The translations under genes and the position numbers were made by a program. Below, piece after piece: positions 10,101 to 17,872 of a stretch of 20,000 nucleotides of DNA (positions within the stretch are counted from its first letter, which is position 1; each line of letters opens with the position of its first letter). The notes under the pieces are model-generated. The model worked only from the letters and a program-made list of their open reading frames with translations, was not told where the DNA came from and did not search any database. Origin of the DNA: an uncultured Planctomycetaceae bacterium. GTDB lineage: Bacteria; Planctomycetota; Planctomycetia; Planctomycetales; Planctomycetaceae. The DNA is taken from positions 52,307 through 72,306 of the forward strand of contig CAXBME010000037.1 of the NCBI GenBank assembly GCA_963976765.1. The letters are read 5' to 3'.

Positions 10101-11865
10101 AGATGCCGAGCAGGTTTTTGTTTTTTGGAATCGTGATGTAACGGAACATCTCCTCGGATGAGAGGTGAATGGGCCAGAGTATTTCCAGTAGCTTTCCCCG
10201 TAATTCATCGTCCTCGTCAGACTCAAGATCGTCCAGAAGAAGACGCAGGTCGGTCCGTCGCTCGTCTGGCACCAGAGTCAGCCAGGCATCAAGAGCTTTT
10301 CGACGAAGTAACGAACTCTCGGTGGTGTCAAACAGCACCGCACGGACCACCTCCTCACACCTTTCCGTGGCGGCACCTTCGACGATGTTAAGTGCGACCC
10401 GCCGTGACTCCAAGGTCCCGGACGCGTCCTCAATCCACGGGACGAGCTGATCACTCAGTCCCGGATGATCGAGAACGTAATATTCACCAGGTCGAACAAG
10501 TCTTGAATTGAATCTGTCGCTTTTGGCGGCACAGAGCAGCGCGTCAACGAGTTGTCGTTTCGACTCGTAATCCGCTGTCACAACCTGACTGCGAAGAAGC
10601 ACTTGTGGGTCGAACCGGATGACTCGTCCGAGCAGTCGCCTGTCCATCATCGCGATCCAGGCGGCAGTTTCAGCAAGTTGTGGGACCACTCTCCCCATCT
10701 CGCCGGTAATCTCTTCGGACGAGAAGATCAGTTTCTCGATTTGACGGGGCGTCAACTGTCGTTGTTTCACAAAATCAGCGGCCAGGAATTCCGGATACGT
10801 CCAGTGGCTCCATAGTCGACGTTCATCCAACAGTGGAGTGAACAGGCCCGAAGTCAGACAACGATTGAGTTGTTCACCATCCACGGAGACATCAACTTGC
10901 TGAGTCCGTTCGACGCCGCCGACGAGATCATCGGCGCGTACGTCATGAGTCGGATCGATGGATTCGTGGTTATTCCCAATGAAAACGGACGGGTGTTGTC
11001 CAAAGATCGTGACTGCCGCAATGCGACGCGCAACGGAAAGAATCTCGTCCCCATCACCCGGCAGTGACGGGGCAAGAAGGCTTCGACTACTGGCGGGGTC
11101 TTCAACACACAGACTGCGACAGTAATCGCGAAACATTTCAATCTGGTCGCGGTCCAGTCTCCCTTCGCCGCGCCGGAACGCATCGAACAGCATTTTCAGG
11201 CTGTTGGGCCGGATCGCGAAGGGAACCATGCCGCGTTTACAGACCTCATTAACGAAATCTGCCGCTGGGAGTTTCTCGATCGTGGCCGCAGCTTCCACGT
11301 CACGCTTTCGCAAAGGCAGCAGCTCAGCCTTCACGAAATCTTTGTCGCCCCAGAGGTCTCGTAGTCGCTCTGAGAGAAATGGAGGCCACACAGTTCCGCG
11401 ACAGGATATCCGCAATCGTAACCGGTCGAGCGGGTAACCACGGTCGAGTTCGTCGATCAGCATCGCGGGGACGGTTCGATGGTGAATCAGGCATTCGTCA
11501 AGACTGTCAAGCACGATGGTCAGGATTCCGTCGGATTGGACCCACTCATTGAACGTATCCCCGAAAAGCCTGTTCCGTAGTTGATCAACATCGCTCACTG
11601 CCCCGAGATTCACTGCGATGACTTCTCCTGATTCTCGACCAAGGGCCTCAAATATCGGGGTCGTTGTAGTCTTGCCAAGCCCAGGATCACCCAGCAGGGC
11701 CAGGCACAAGACCTGGTTGATCTCCTCGGTCGTGAGCACATTCGGTTGCCGGGATTCTCCGTACGATCCGTCGGGATCGCTCAAAAAACCTTCGTCCCCG
11801 AGAAAGTAGCTGCCTTCCGATCGACACCAGAAACGGTTCCATGGATAGAGCTGCTTCATGAACAT
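7129..11865 (-). CDS. NACHT/STAND NTPase with helical-repeat region and C-terminal CHAT (caspase-like) protease domain
   Basis: 1578 aa. Walker A GDPGLGKTT (about 11665-11691), Walker B IVLDSLDE, RLRISCR and the NACHT winged-helix motif WSHWTYPEFLAA. A long helical middle region follows. The CHAT region runs from YRDFEITV (about 8217) with LRLRL...PWE, LRVLVVASNP, the catalytic HFIGHG (7555-7572) and FLNACRSG (Cys at 7417-7419). RBS GAGGA upstream. Confidence 0.9.
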   Translation of the reverse strand: MFMKQLYPWNRFWCRSEGSYFLGDEGFLSDPDGSYGESRQPNVLTTEEINQVLCLALLGDPGLGKTTTTPIFEALGRESGEVIAVNLGAVSDVDQLRNRLFGDTFNEWVQSDGILTIVLDSLDECLIHHRTVPAMLIDELDRGYPLDRLRLRISCRGTVWPPFLSERLRDLWGDKDFVKAELLPLRKRDVEAAATIEKLPAADFVNEVCKRGMVPFAIRPNSLKMLFDAFRRGEGRLDRDQIEMFRDYCRSLCVEDPASSRSLLAPSLPGDGDEILSVARRIAAVTIFGQHPSVFIGNNHESIDPTHDVRADDLVGGVERTQQVDVSVDGEQLNRCLTSGLFTPLLDERRLWSHWTYPEFLAADFVKQRQLTPRQIEKLIFSSEEITGEMGRVVPQLAETAAWIAMMDRRLLGRVIRFDPQVLLRSQVVTADYESKRQLVDALLCAAKSDRFNSRLVRPGEYYVLDHPGLSDQLVPWIEDASGTLESRRVALNIVEGAATERCEEVVRAVLFDTTESSLLRRKALDAWLTLVPDERRTDLRLLLDDLESDEDDELRGKLLEILWPIHLSSEEMFRYITIPKNKNLLGIYAMFLWKSLLERLPDTDLPAAIKWLQDQPLREDPIRRFEELETGILERAVLMCEQAQVFEALASLACHWVFNEELASRRDFHKFVSGPIRNRPEIRFRLLDRLVSFAATNAIVASEKWEIRSLFHPSELDGVLDGFESATTDGERVTWANLANFGIYHADISTKDRFLTRREDNAIFRSASAETSDAIDLLSDRAAQLKRNYYEDQEREHRLKKDDERKIKHPPVRELTERYLDKFDEGDLDAWWQVQRLMTLREDSDEYEFSLEYISDLTSLESWKSFDEPLIERCLDAAERWLTAGEPDNDTWLRTTEFHRPTAAGFRSMRLLRKLAPERLDALPLSVWEKWTPCAATFVDWRNQDEPEYLEVMQLCYEKAPDVFIDAVLQKVGQQDEQQDSISGLYCLRRLWDEQLTTAMVDRLRRQPLLKVKSIIDILKAIAAQRGSAVYDLLKEMLSTGELWGNEINCHAGALLISHFGERGWRDVFPILEQHSEEARSIVELLADVYDGELSPDDNNPVTQQLSAGSLADFYLWLSAEYPHDEDDQVEGCHGVSTRESVQFLRDRVFSRLRDLGTPESVREFQRIRDELPHLTWMNHAVSSAEEVARQKSWQSLPTDEIILLHREFTDADRSYRDFEITVTGQSGALTIIAKGFDGAEALEEYAGPELDVVFESAPKSFQLRQLSAAAGEIAAESYSVKRVGTLIGKRILQGSVRQLFEKSLNQIDEDGLRLRLRLAPELTQYPWESVVYDERHLGIDSRFPIVRQPIVPVETADLPEVPTLRVLVVASNPADLPTLNIAGELDALQSNLADSIADGRVKFTTLNRQPGISTRQTLSESNLDEFDVFHFIGHGDFDTDRAEGVLYFEADDGTMEYCTAHQLADILKASSTIRFAFLNACRSGAGVGRATFAEELVRSGVLAVVTHRRPVRDDIATLFSGSFYRAIAVENLPIDLAFVRARQAIYSALKKPDEEADWVDPILYSRAGNMRILKDD

Positions 11866-12319
11866 TGATCCTCAACGGCTGTAGCAACACTTGTGACTGA
11901 CTCTGGTTCCGGCCACTGAAAAGCGTCCCAGACTACTCTGTATGCGATACCAAAACACGGAATTGCGACCAAGCACTCGCGTCACAGTCAAAAACTAGAT
12001 TCCGAATTCCGGAGAAACAGGCCGCGTCGCACATCGAGAGTGAACGTGGCGAAAACCGTCACGACGACTCGATGTTCCAAGTGGAATGCCCCGGAATTCA
12101 ATCCGCCGGACCGTCACGCCAAGTTTCCCGCTCGGGCGAGAATTCTTCCTACGGAAGCATCCTCTGAAGTGGGTGGGAATGAGTTCGTGAGATTCCTGAA
12201 TCTGTTCCTGGAGTCATTCTCGATACACCGAGGCATCCGCCACACAGTCATTGTGCTCAGGATCGACAGCGGCAGGCAGATGTACGAGTTCTCCCGGTCC
12301 GGCCCTCGGGGCGGCGGCG

Positions 12320-12359
12320 TGAGGTGCTGAAGGTTTCAGGGACACCTGAGTCTCTTATT
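12320..12359 (+). repeat. IS3 left terminal inverted repeat
   Basis: Reverse complement of 13558-13597 with 4 mismatches in 40 bp. Confidence 0.93.
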
Positions 12360-12384
12360 CTGGGGCTTTGTCAAAGGATCAAAG

Positions 12385-12687
12385 ATGCCTCGGAAGAAGA
12401 AGTCAGCAGTCACGGGAGATCGTCGTCGCCGGTACACGGACGAGTTTAAAGAAGAGGCCGTGCGGATGCTGCTGGATGGTCATACGGCTCTTTCGGTGAA
12501 GGACCGGCTGGGGTTGCCGAACACGAACATGCTGTATCGCTGGAAACAGGAGTTTCTGGCTCAGCGCGGTCCGGTGGCGAGTTCTCTGCAAGCTCGCGTC
12601 AAAGACCTGGAGTCCGAACTGCGGCGTGTGGAACGGGAGCGTGATGTGCTAAAAAAAGCGTTGGCTATTTTCGGCCGCAACGAGTAA
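12385..12687 (+). CDS. IS3-family transposase OrfA (HTH plus leucine zipper)
   Basis: RRRYTDEFKEEAV...LYRWKQ...LESELRRVERERDVLKKA is the characteristic IS3 OrfA pattern. Confidence 0.93.
   Translation: MPRKKKSAVTGDRRRRYTDEFKEEAVRMLLDGHTALSVKDRLGLPNTNMLYRWKQEFLAQRGPVASSLQARVKDLESELRRVERERDVLKKALAIFGRNE
12651..12658 (+). promoter_or_regulatory. Programmed -1 ribosomal frameshift motif (A7G) fusing OrfA to OrfB
   Basis: CTA AAA AAA GCG near the end of orfA, and orfB lies in the -1 frame, as established for IS3-family OrfAB. Confidence 0.8.
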
Positions 12688-12692
12688 CCGAC

Positions 12693-13562
12693 GTGTACAC
12701 GGTGATCGACGCGCTTGCTGCTGAAGGCGTCGCGACGATCGCTGAAGTCTGCCGGTTCCTCGGAGTGAACCGCACGTCTTTTCATGCTTGGCGTGTGGCC
12801 GATTCTACGGTGTCCCAGGAACAGGAGGAGCAACTGACACCACTGATCCGAATGCTCTTTAAGAAGCATCGTCGTCGTTACGGGGCTCGAAGGATTGCCA
12901 GCGAACTGCGGGAGAGGGAACATGTCTGCAGTCCGAAGAAAGTCTCGAAGGTACTGAAAACACAGGGTCTGAGAGCGATCCAGCCGAAATCGTTCGTGCC
13001 GAAAACCACGGACAGCCGACATCGACTGGGGTACTCGCCGAACCTTCTACTCGACTCAAAAGAGCCGACCGGCATCAATCAGGTGTGGGTCGGAGACATC
13101 ACTTACATCCCGCTTGACGGAGGAACGTTCTGCTACCTGGCATCGCTCATGGACTTGTTCTCAAGACGCATCGTCGGCTGGCATCTCAAAGACGACATGA
13201 CGGAATCTCTGGTGCTGGCGGGGTTGCAATTGGCGATCAAAGAACGGCAACCTTCTGAGGGATTGATTCATCACACCGATCGCGGTGGCCAGTACGCCGG
13301 CAACGACTATCGAGCCGTTCTGCGTCGCGCCGGCATCCGTCAGTCCATGAGTCGTGCTGACAACTGCTACGACAACTCATTCAAAGAAAGCTTCTTTGGA
13401 ACCTTCAAGACGGAACTCGAATTGACCGAATACAAAGACATCCAGGAAGCAATTCGAGAAGCTGTCGCTTACATCCGCTACTACAACCTCGAAAGAAAAC
13501 ACTCCGCCCTGGAGTACCTGACACCAGCTCGTTTCGAACAGCTCATTCACCACCCGAAATAA
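12693..13562 (+). CDS. IS3-family transposase OrfB (DDE/rve catalytic domain)
   Basis: YGARRI, WVGDITYI, HHTDRGGQY, SRADNCYDNSFKESFFGTFKTE and YYNLERKHSAL: an intact DDE triad. Confidence 0.95.
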   Translation: MYTVIDALAAEGVATIAEVCRFLGVNRTSFHAWRVADSTVSQEQEEQLTPLIRMLFKKHRRRYGARRIASELREREHVCSPKKVSKVLKTQGLRAIQPKSFVPKTTDSRHRLGYSPNLLLDSKEPTGINQVWVGDITYIPLDGGTFCYLASLMDLFSRRIVGWHLKDDMTESLVLAGLQLAIKERQPSEGLIHHTDRGGQYAGNDYRAVLRRAGIRQSMSRADNCYDNSFKESFFGTFKTELELTEYKDIQEAIREAVAYIRYYNLERKHSALEYLTPARFEQLIHHPK

Positions 13563-13597
13563 GAGAATGACCTGTCCCTGAAACCTTCAGCACCTCA
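13558..13597 (-). repeat. IS3 right terminal inverted repeat
   Basis: Inverted match to 12320-12359. It overlaps the orfB stop codon. Confidence 0.93.
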
Positions 13598-13718
13598 GCG
13601 ATCCCACCGGTCATGCTTCAAATCCTCGACGGGAAGTGAAACGTGGCCGATTCTATTCACCGGTAGCCTTTGGTTGTCGTCCCTGGGAACGTGACTTTCA
13701 GTACTTCGTCTGCATTGC

Positions 13719-14117
13719 TTACATGACCGAGTAATCGTCGTCATATTCTGCACGGGCGACCAACAAGTTCCTTGCCAGCAGGTCAGGGTCAGCGTTGTCA
13801 CAACCAGCTAACTCAAAGCAGACGGACGTCCCTCCACCCATTGACCAGATGGTTAAGGTTAGCTTGCCGTGTTCGATGCTCTCGCTCACGACTGAGGCGA
13901 TTAGTTCCAGTGATCGCCACCCTCCATGAAGTGGATAAACATAGAAGTTTACTTCAAATTCGCCGACCGGTCTCTGTGAAATAAGAGTGACTTCCTGGTG
14001 CCCGCCACAACTGCCGAACGTGACGATTCCGAGAAATTCGTTTAGCTCAGTGACCAGTTGCCGGATGTTTTGATCAATGTCCATCATCGCATCGAGTTGG
14101 GCATCATCCACAGTCAT
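13719..14117 (-). CDS. Hypothetical protein with TxxSCxGH motif
   Basis: 132 aa with an AAGGA RBS next to the ATG. Contains IDQNIRQLVTELN...TFGSCGGH. Confidence 0.7.
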   Translation of the reverse strand: MTVDDAQLDAMMDIDQNIRQLVTELNEFLGIVTFGSCGGHQEVTLISQRPVGEFEVNFYVYPLHGGWRSLELIASVVSESIEHGKLTLTIWSMGGGTSVCFELAGCDNADPDLLARNLLVARAEYDDDYSVM

Positions 14118-14796
14118 ATCCTTTTCGAGGCAGTTCGCCCACTTCAGTGTTCCAGAGTTGAAGACAACGAGGAAGTCCTCAACCCTTCGGATAGCAGTCG
14201 CCTTTTCGTACTGTCAAGTTGAGTTCACTCAGGCACGATGTGACAACATTAGACTCTGGTCCCCTCGACGCACACTCCGTGTGTCTCGAATTCGACATTA
14301 TACGGTCGCTGCAAGAATCATCACAGATCGTCAGCCATCAGCCACCGAAGCCAGACAGCACAAGAATCCTTCTGCTAGCAGATTCAGCCGCCCGGGCTTC
14401 TCGACATGAGCGGGCCATACGGTATGGCTGGCCATGATCTGGAAAGCCGAGTGCCATGCTGCGACCATCTCGACATCTCAATAGTATCAGCGTCGAACCG
14501 GGGAAATGCTCGACTACTGTTTGAATGCCACTTTCTGGTGGACACTACCAGCACAAAACAAACAACGACCGAGCATATTGCAACTCTGTTGCTGGATGAG
14601 ACTTTCGCGTTCACGATTTCGGATGTTCAACTTTCGAATCGCCGATTCACGGCCCGAAATCGGTCATCGAGAACTCACACAACTATAAAAACGCGAGAAA
14701 CGTGGCATAATGAATTGAGGCAATGGTTACCTCTTGAGGAGCAATCGTACCGATCCAAGTGTGTGATGAAACACCCGAATGGCAGCCTCGGGGTGG

Positions 14797-15849
14797 TCAC
14801 GGCTGCATGCCGTATGCTTTCAGCCGACGTTGCAGTTCCTGCCTCGTTTTCGCCGTCGATTCTTTTCTGGCCTGGACCTCAAGGTCATCCTTGGATTCAT
14901 GCCAGAAGCGGGTGAAGGCTTCGTCAAGTCGTCCGGTCTGGCCTTTCAGACGTTCTCCGTAGCGCCGCCTGATCGCAAGCTCAAGGTACACGTAGAGATC
15001 AAGCATCTGAGCGTAGCGCTCATAGCCCCAATGAGCTAATCGATCCTCAAGCCAACCATCGAGGTGGGCGATATCCGCTGGACCGTTTTGCAGCTCTGCA
15101 ATCTCATAAACACTCAGATTGCGATCACGCAGCAGGTAGTTTGGTACGAAGATGTGTAGTCCAGCCTCCTCAATGTCAGGCCTGACGTAGAAGTCCTTCG
15201 TCTCCAGTCCTGGGGATAAAGGGACCGGCAGCTCCCACGTGACGCAGGTTTCAAGCCCCCAACGGCGACAGAGCATTATTGTGTCAGTCCAGAACCGGCG
15301 GGACCGCTTGTCAATTTTCGTCTGCTCACCCAGAAATGACTTTCGTACCGTTGGGAATCTTCCACGGCGGGCGACGGAACTCTTCCATTTCGAATTGTAG
15401 GCATTCATCTCAGATCGATAGGTCGCCTCGGAAATCAGCCAGCCAACGTAGCCCGCCTGCCGAAGTCGATTGGACTTCTCACGCTGATCGACAGCCCTCA
15501 AGTAATCATCGACGGTTGATTCTCGACGCCCGGCAGCGGCAGCCTCGTCAACCAGAAGACTTCTGATTTCCTCGTCGATCGATCTGTCGGACTGACTCCT
15601 CGCGTCGGAGTTGTGCGACGAGAGAATCCAATAGCTAAACGGCTGCGTTAGAAAGAACCCCGTCATTCCGGTTCTCGCCAAGTGCATTTCGAAGGCGAGG
15701 TCTTCCGAGGTGAAAAGCGTAGGGACCACCTCATGTATCGCTGTGACCAGCCTCTCCGGAATGGCATAGACGGCATCTCCGCACCGCTTAGCGATACTCG
15801 GGAAACACCCGCTTAGTTCACGCCATTCTTCCGAAATCGCTTTTGCCAT
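14797..15849 (-). CDS. Hypothetical protein (350 aa), divergent from the integrase
   Basis: Long ORF with protein-like composition and no recognised motif. Confidence 0.7.
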   Translation of the reverse strand: MAKAISEEWRELSGCFPSIAKRCGDAVYAIPERLVTAIHEVVPTLFTSEDLAFEMHLARTGMTGFFLTQPFSYWILSSHNSDARSQSDRSIDEEIRSLLVDEAAAAGRRESTVDDYLRAVDQREKSNRLRQAGYVGWLISEATYRSEMNAYNSKWKSSVARRGRFPTVRKSFLGEQTKIDKRSRRFWTDTIMLCRRWGLETCVTWELPVPLSPGLETKDFYVRPDIEEAGLHIFVPNYLLRDRNLSVYEIAELQNGPADIAHLDGWLEDRLAHWGYERYAQMLDLYVYLELAIRRRYGERLKGQTGRLDEAFTRFWHESKDDLEVQARKESTAKTRQELQRRLKAYGMQP

Positions 15850-15986
15850 TCACATGTCCGATGCGGGCCACGCCAACTGTTCACAATACCAGGGAAAGAG
15901 TTCGCAATTCTGCTCCGCAGACAGTGACAGTGCATTCTGAGATTCAACGCGAGTTCCTTGAACTCCGATGCGATCGAGTGGCGACT

Positions 15987-17459
15987 ATGACTGTAGTGAA
16001 TAGCCGGGCCCAGGCCGAGAAGCAAACAAATTCATCGCCGAAACCTCGAAAGATGGTGAAGGCCGAGCTGGCAGGCCGACATACCCATGTTGCCCAGAAC
16101 GACGTCCGTGTGAATATCTACCTACGAGATGGGAAGTATATCGCACGAGGCCGAATTGATGGAGCGGCATTCGGTAAAACGCTGGGGACGGACGAGGATC
16201 AGGCTGAAGTTGCCTTACGTGAATTACTCTCTGATCTTGATCGAGACGCGTTCGTGCGGCCCAGCGAGCAGTCACGACGAGAAGTTCGACGGCGTCGGAT
16301 TCCGCGAATCACGATGCGGGAACTTGTTGATAATTTTCTGGCAGCAAAGCGACGGTCGCGAGGAGACAAGACGGCCAAGGACTATCGCAGCCGGCTGATG
16401 CACTTACTCGCGTTCTGTGAATGTGATGACATCGCTCGGAAATATAGATTCGCAGCCGACATTGACCTGAATTTTCTCTATGCCTATCGGGAATTCCTGT
16501 CGCAGCGTCGAACAACTCGCAATGGGAAACCGAACGGTCGACTTCAGCATCTTGCCCCGAATCATATTCGACTTGTCATTGAGTCACTCGGCACTCTCCT
16601 TACTTGGGCAATGAAGCCTGAAATTGCGCTACTTCCCGCGAGCTTCGTATCGCCGTACACGACTGAGGTTGCAGGCGTCCGCACAAACAAGGATCCATTG
16701 CGTCTAACTCCGTTGCCTTTTGAAAAACGAATAGAGCTGATTGCCCAGGCTGATGCCTGGGAGCTATGTCAGCTCGCGTTTTCGATGGTACTGCCATTCA
16801 GGCCCGACGAAGCAACCGGTCTGCTTGTCTCAGACGTGGATTTTGAAAATCGTCGTCTGGAATTCGGCTCCAGAATGGGAGGTCGTGACTTCAATAAAGG
16901 GCAGCAGGCCTTCACCATCCCGCTACCCAACGAACTACTTGCGATTGCCAGGTGTTGCATTGGAATGCGAACCGCTGGCCCACTGTTTCAGGATCGTCAG
17001 CATTTCCGGCAGGACGTAGTCGCATCGACCTATCCGGACAACAACGACGATCTGACTATAATGCTGGAAGAGTTTGTTTCCGACGAGCGGTCCAATTTGA
17101 CTTGCGCAGCGGATTGGAAAAAGGCCTACAGAGAATTTCTCAGGAGCCTGGGGGGAGTCTCTTCCAACATGCTTAGCAAGGCGTTTCGAAAAGCTGCAGA
17201 TCGTTCGGGGGTCGCCACTGAAATCAGGTTCTATGACTCAAGAGCCTCAGTCACGACCGAAATGGAACACTCGGGAATTTCACATCTCGTTCAAAGATAC
17301 GTCACGGGGCATACGACTTCAGACATCCTCAACGAGTATGTCTCACTCGACCCGGAGGGCGAGATGAGGAAATACTGGAGTCACATTTCCCGACTTCTCG
17401 AAGCAATTCGAGACCGCACAATTGAATTGCGATTGACGACAAGAGATGACGGGGAATAA
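15987..17459 (+). CDS. Tyrosine recombinase/integrase with non-canonical YxxR in place of HxxR
   Basis: FRPDEATGL (Arg), FNKGQ (Lys), FYDSRAS, YVTGH and NEYV (Tyr), plus a SAM-like core-binding region (LVDNFLAAK...KTAKDYRSRL). The ORF is open from 15843, but that overlaps the divergent gene, so ATG 15987 or 16053 is a more likely start. Confidence 0.85.
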   Translation: MTVVNSRAQAEKQTNSSPKPRKMVKAELAGRHTHVAQNDVRVNIYLRDGKYIARGRIDGAAFGKTLGTDEDQAEVALRELLSDLDRDAFVRPSEQSRREVRRRRIPRITMRELVDNFLAAKRRSRGDKTAKDYRSRLMHLLAFCECDDIARKYRFAADIDLNFLYAYREFLSQRRTTRNGKPNGRLQHLAPNHIRLVIESLGTLLTWAMKPEIALLPASFVSPYTTEVAGVRTNKDPLRLTPLPFEKRIELIAQADAWELCQLAFSMVLPFRPDEATGLLVSDVDFENRRLEFGSRMGGRDFNKGQQAFTIPLPNELLAIARCCIGMRTAGPLFQDRQHFRQDVVASTYPDNNDDLTIMLEEFVSDERSNLTCAADWKKAYREFLRSLGGVSSNMLSKAFRKAADRSGVATEIRFYDSRASVTTEMEHSGISHLVQRYVTGHTTSDILNEYVSLDPEGEMRKYWSHISRLLEAIRDRTIELRLTTRDDGE

Positions 17460-17504
17460 TAGATGGTGCTTATTCATCCGCTTCTCGCCGTGGCAGGATT
17501 TCGC

Positions 17505-17535
17505 TGGTGCAACAGTGGTGCAAACTCGGTGCAAA
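17505..17535 (+). repeat. Three direct repeats GGTGCAA at 11-bp spacing (putative integrase arm-type sites)
   Basis: GGTGCAA starts at 17506, 17517 and 17528, just downstream of the left integrase. Confidence 0.75.
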
Positions 17536-17672
17536 GCATTTCAGTCGATAGTGCCAAATTCGAACGCTACCAAGTGTTCGCAACACTCAGCCTAAAGGGC
17601 TTAAAACAAGAGAGTTATGGTTCGTTGGGAGATTCATCAGCAGCGTTTCGGCACATCAGAGAATTGGGAAGT

Positions 17673-17695
17673 GTTAGAGTCCCGCTCTCTCCGCC
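17673..17695 (+). other. att-like core: 3'-end fragment of a tRNA gene (tRNA-Ser-like)
   Basis: GTTAGAGTCCCGCTCTCTCCGCC resembles the T-loop, T-stem and acceptor 3' half GTTCGAGTCCC...CTCTCCGCCA. The complementary 5' half is absent. Confidence 0.65.
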
Positions 17696-17705
17696 TTCAA
17701 TGTCG

Positions 17706-17752
17706 ACCGTCGCGTAAACCCTTGAAAACAAGTGGTTTACGCGGCGGTTTTT
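17706..17752 (+). terminator. Long hairpin with T-tract (intrinsic terminator-like) directly after the tRNA fragment
   Basis: ACCGTCGCGTAAACCCTTG-AAAA-CAAGTGGTTTACGCGGCGGT followed by TTTT: a stem of about 19 bp with one G:U pair and one bulge. Confidence 0.7.
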
Positions 17753-17753
17753 C

Positions 17754-17812
17754 ATTGTCCCAGTCAATTGGGACAATGAGTGGGACAATCAGGTGAATGA
17801 GAGTGAGACAGT
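17754..17812 (+). repeat. TGGGACAAT repeats (one inverted, two direct, one degenerate); putative arm-type sites
   Basis: ATTGTCCCA at 17754-17762, TGGGACAAT at 17769 and 17781, and TGAGACAGT at 17804. Confidence 0.75.
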
Positions 17813-17872
17813 TGCTCATCTGCAGGCACGATCCGTGTGGTGCCCGGGCCGGCGGGCATCCCGCTCAATAAA

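Larger units (their letters stand above)
12320..13597 (+). mobile_element. IS3-family insertion sequence (1278 bp), apparently intact
   Basis: TG...CA ends. TIRs TGAGGTGCTGAAGGTTTCAGGGACA (25 bp perfect, 36/40 overall) at 12320-12359 and 13558-13597. A 3-bp direct repeat GCG lies at 12317-12319 and 13598-13600. orfA/orfB organisation. Confidence 0.95.

Noticed and set aside
1..11865. Gasdermin or type III-E CRISPR (Craspase) partner for the CHAT protease
   Set aside because: No ORF shows recognisable gasdermin or Cas7-11/Csx30 features. Distant homology cannot be excluded without a structure search.
12040..12330. Gene interrupted by the IS
   Set aside because: Rejoining the flanks gives only short, unconvincing minus-strand ORFs, and the plus-strand 96-aa ORF has no recognisable features.
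14118..14796. Protein-coding genes (14077..14409, 14406..14915 and others)
   Set aside because: These are short overlapping ORFs without RBS or motifs that partly overlap real genes. The interval is treated as intergenic or degenerate.
17600..17700. Complete tRNA gene
   Set aside because: Only the 3' half resembles a tRNA. The upstream sequence cannot pair to form the T-stem (GCGGG is needed) or the acceptor stem, and the T-loop reads GTTAGA.
17505..17812. CRISPR array or iterons
   Set aside because: The repeats are only 7-9 bp with 3-4 bp gaps. There are no spacer-sized unique sequences and no cas or rep gene nearby.
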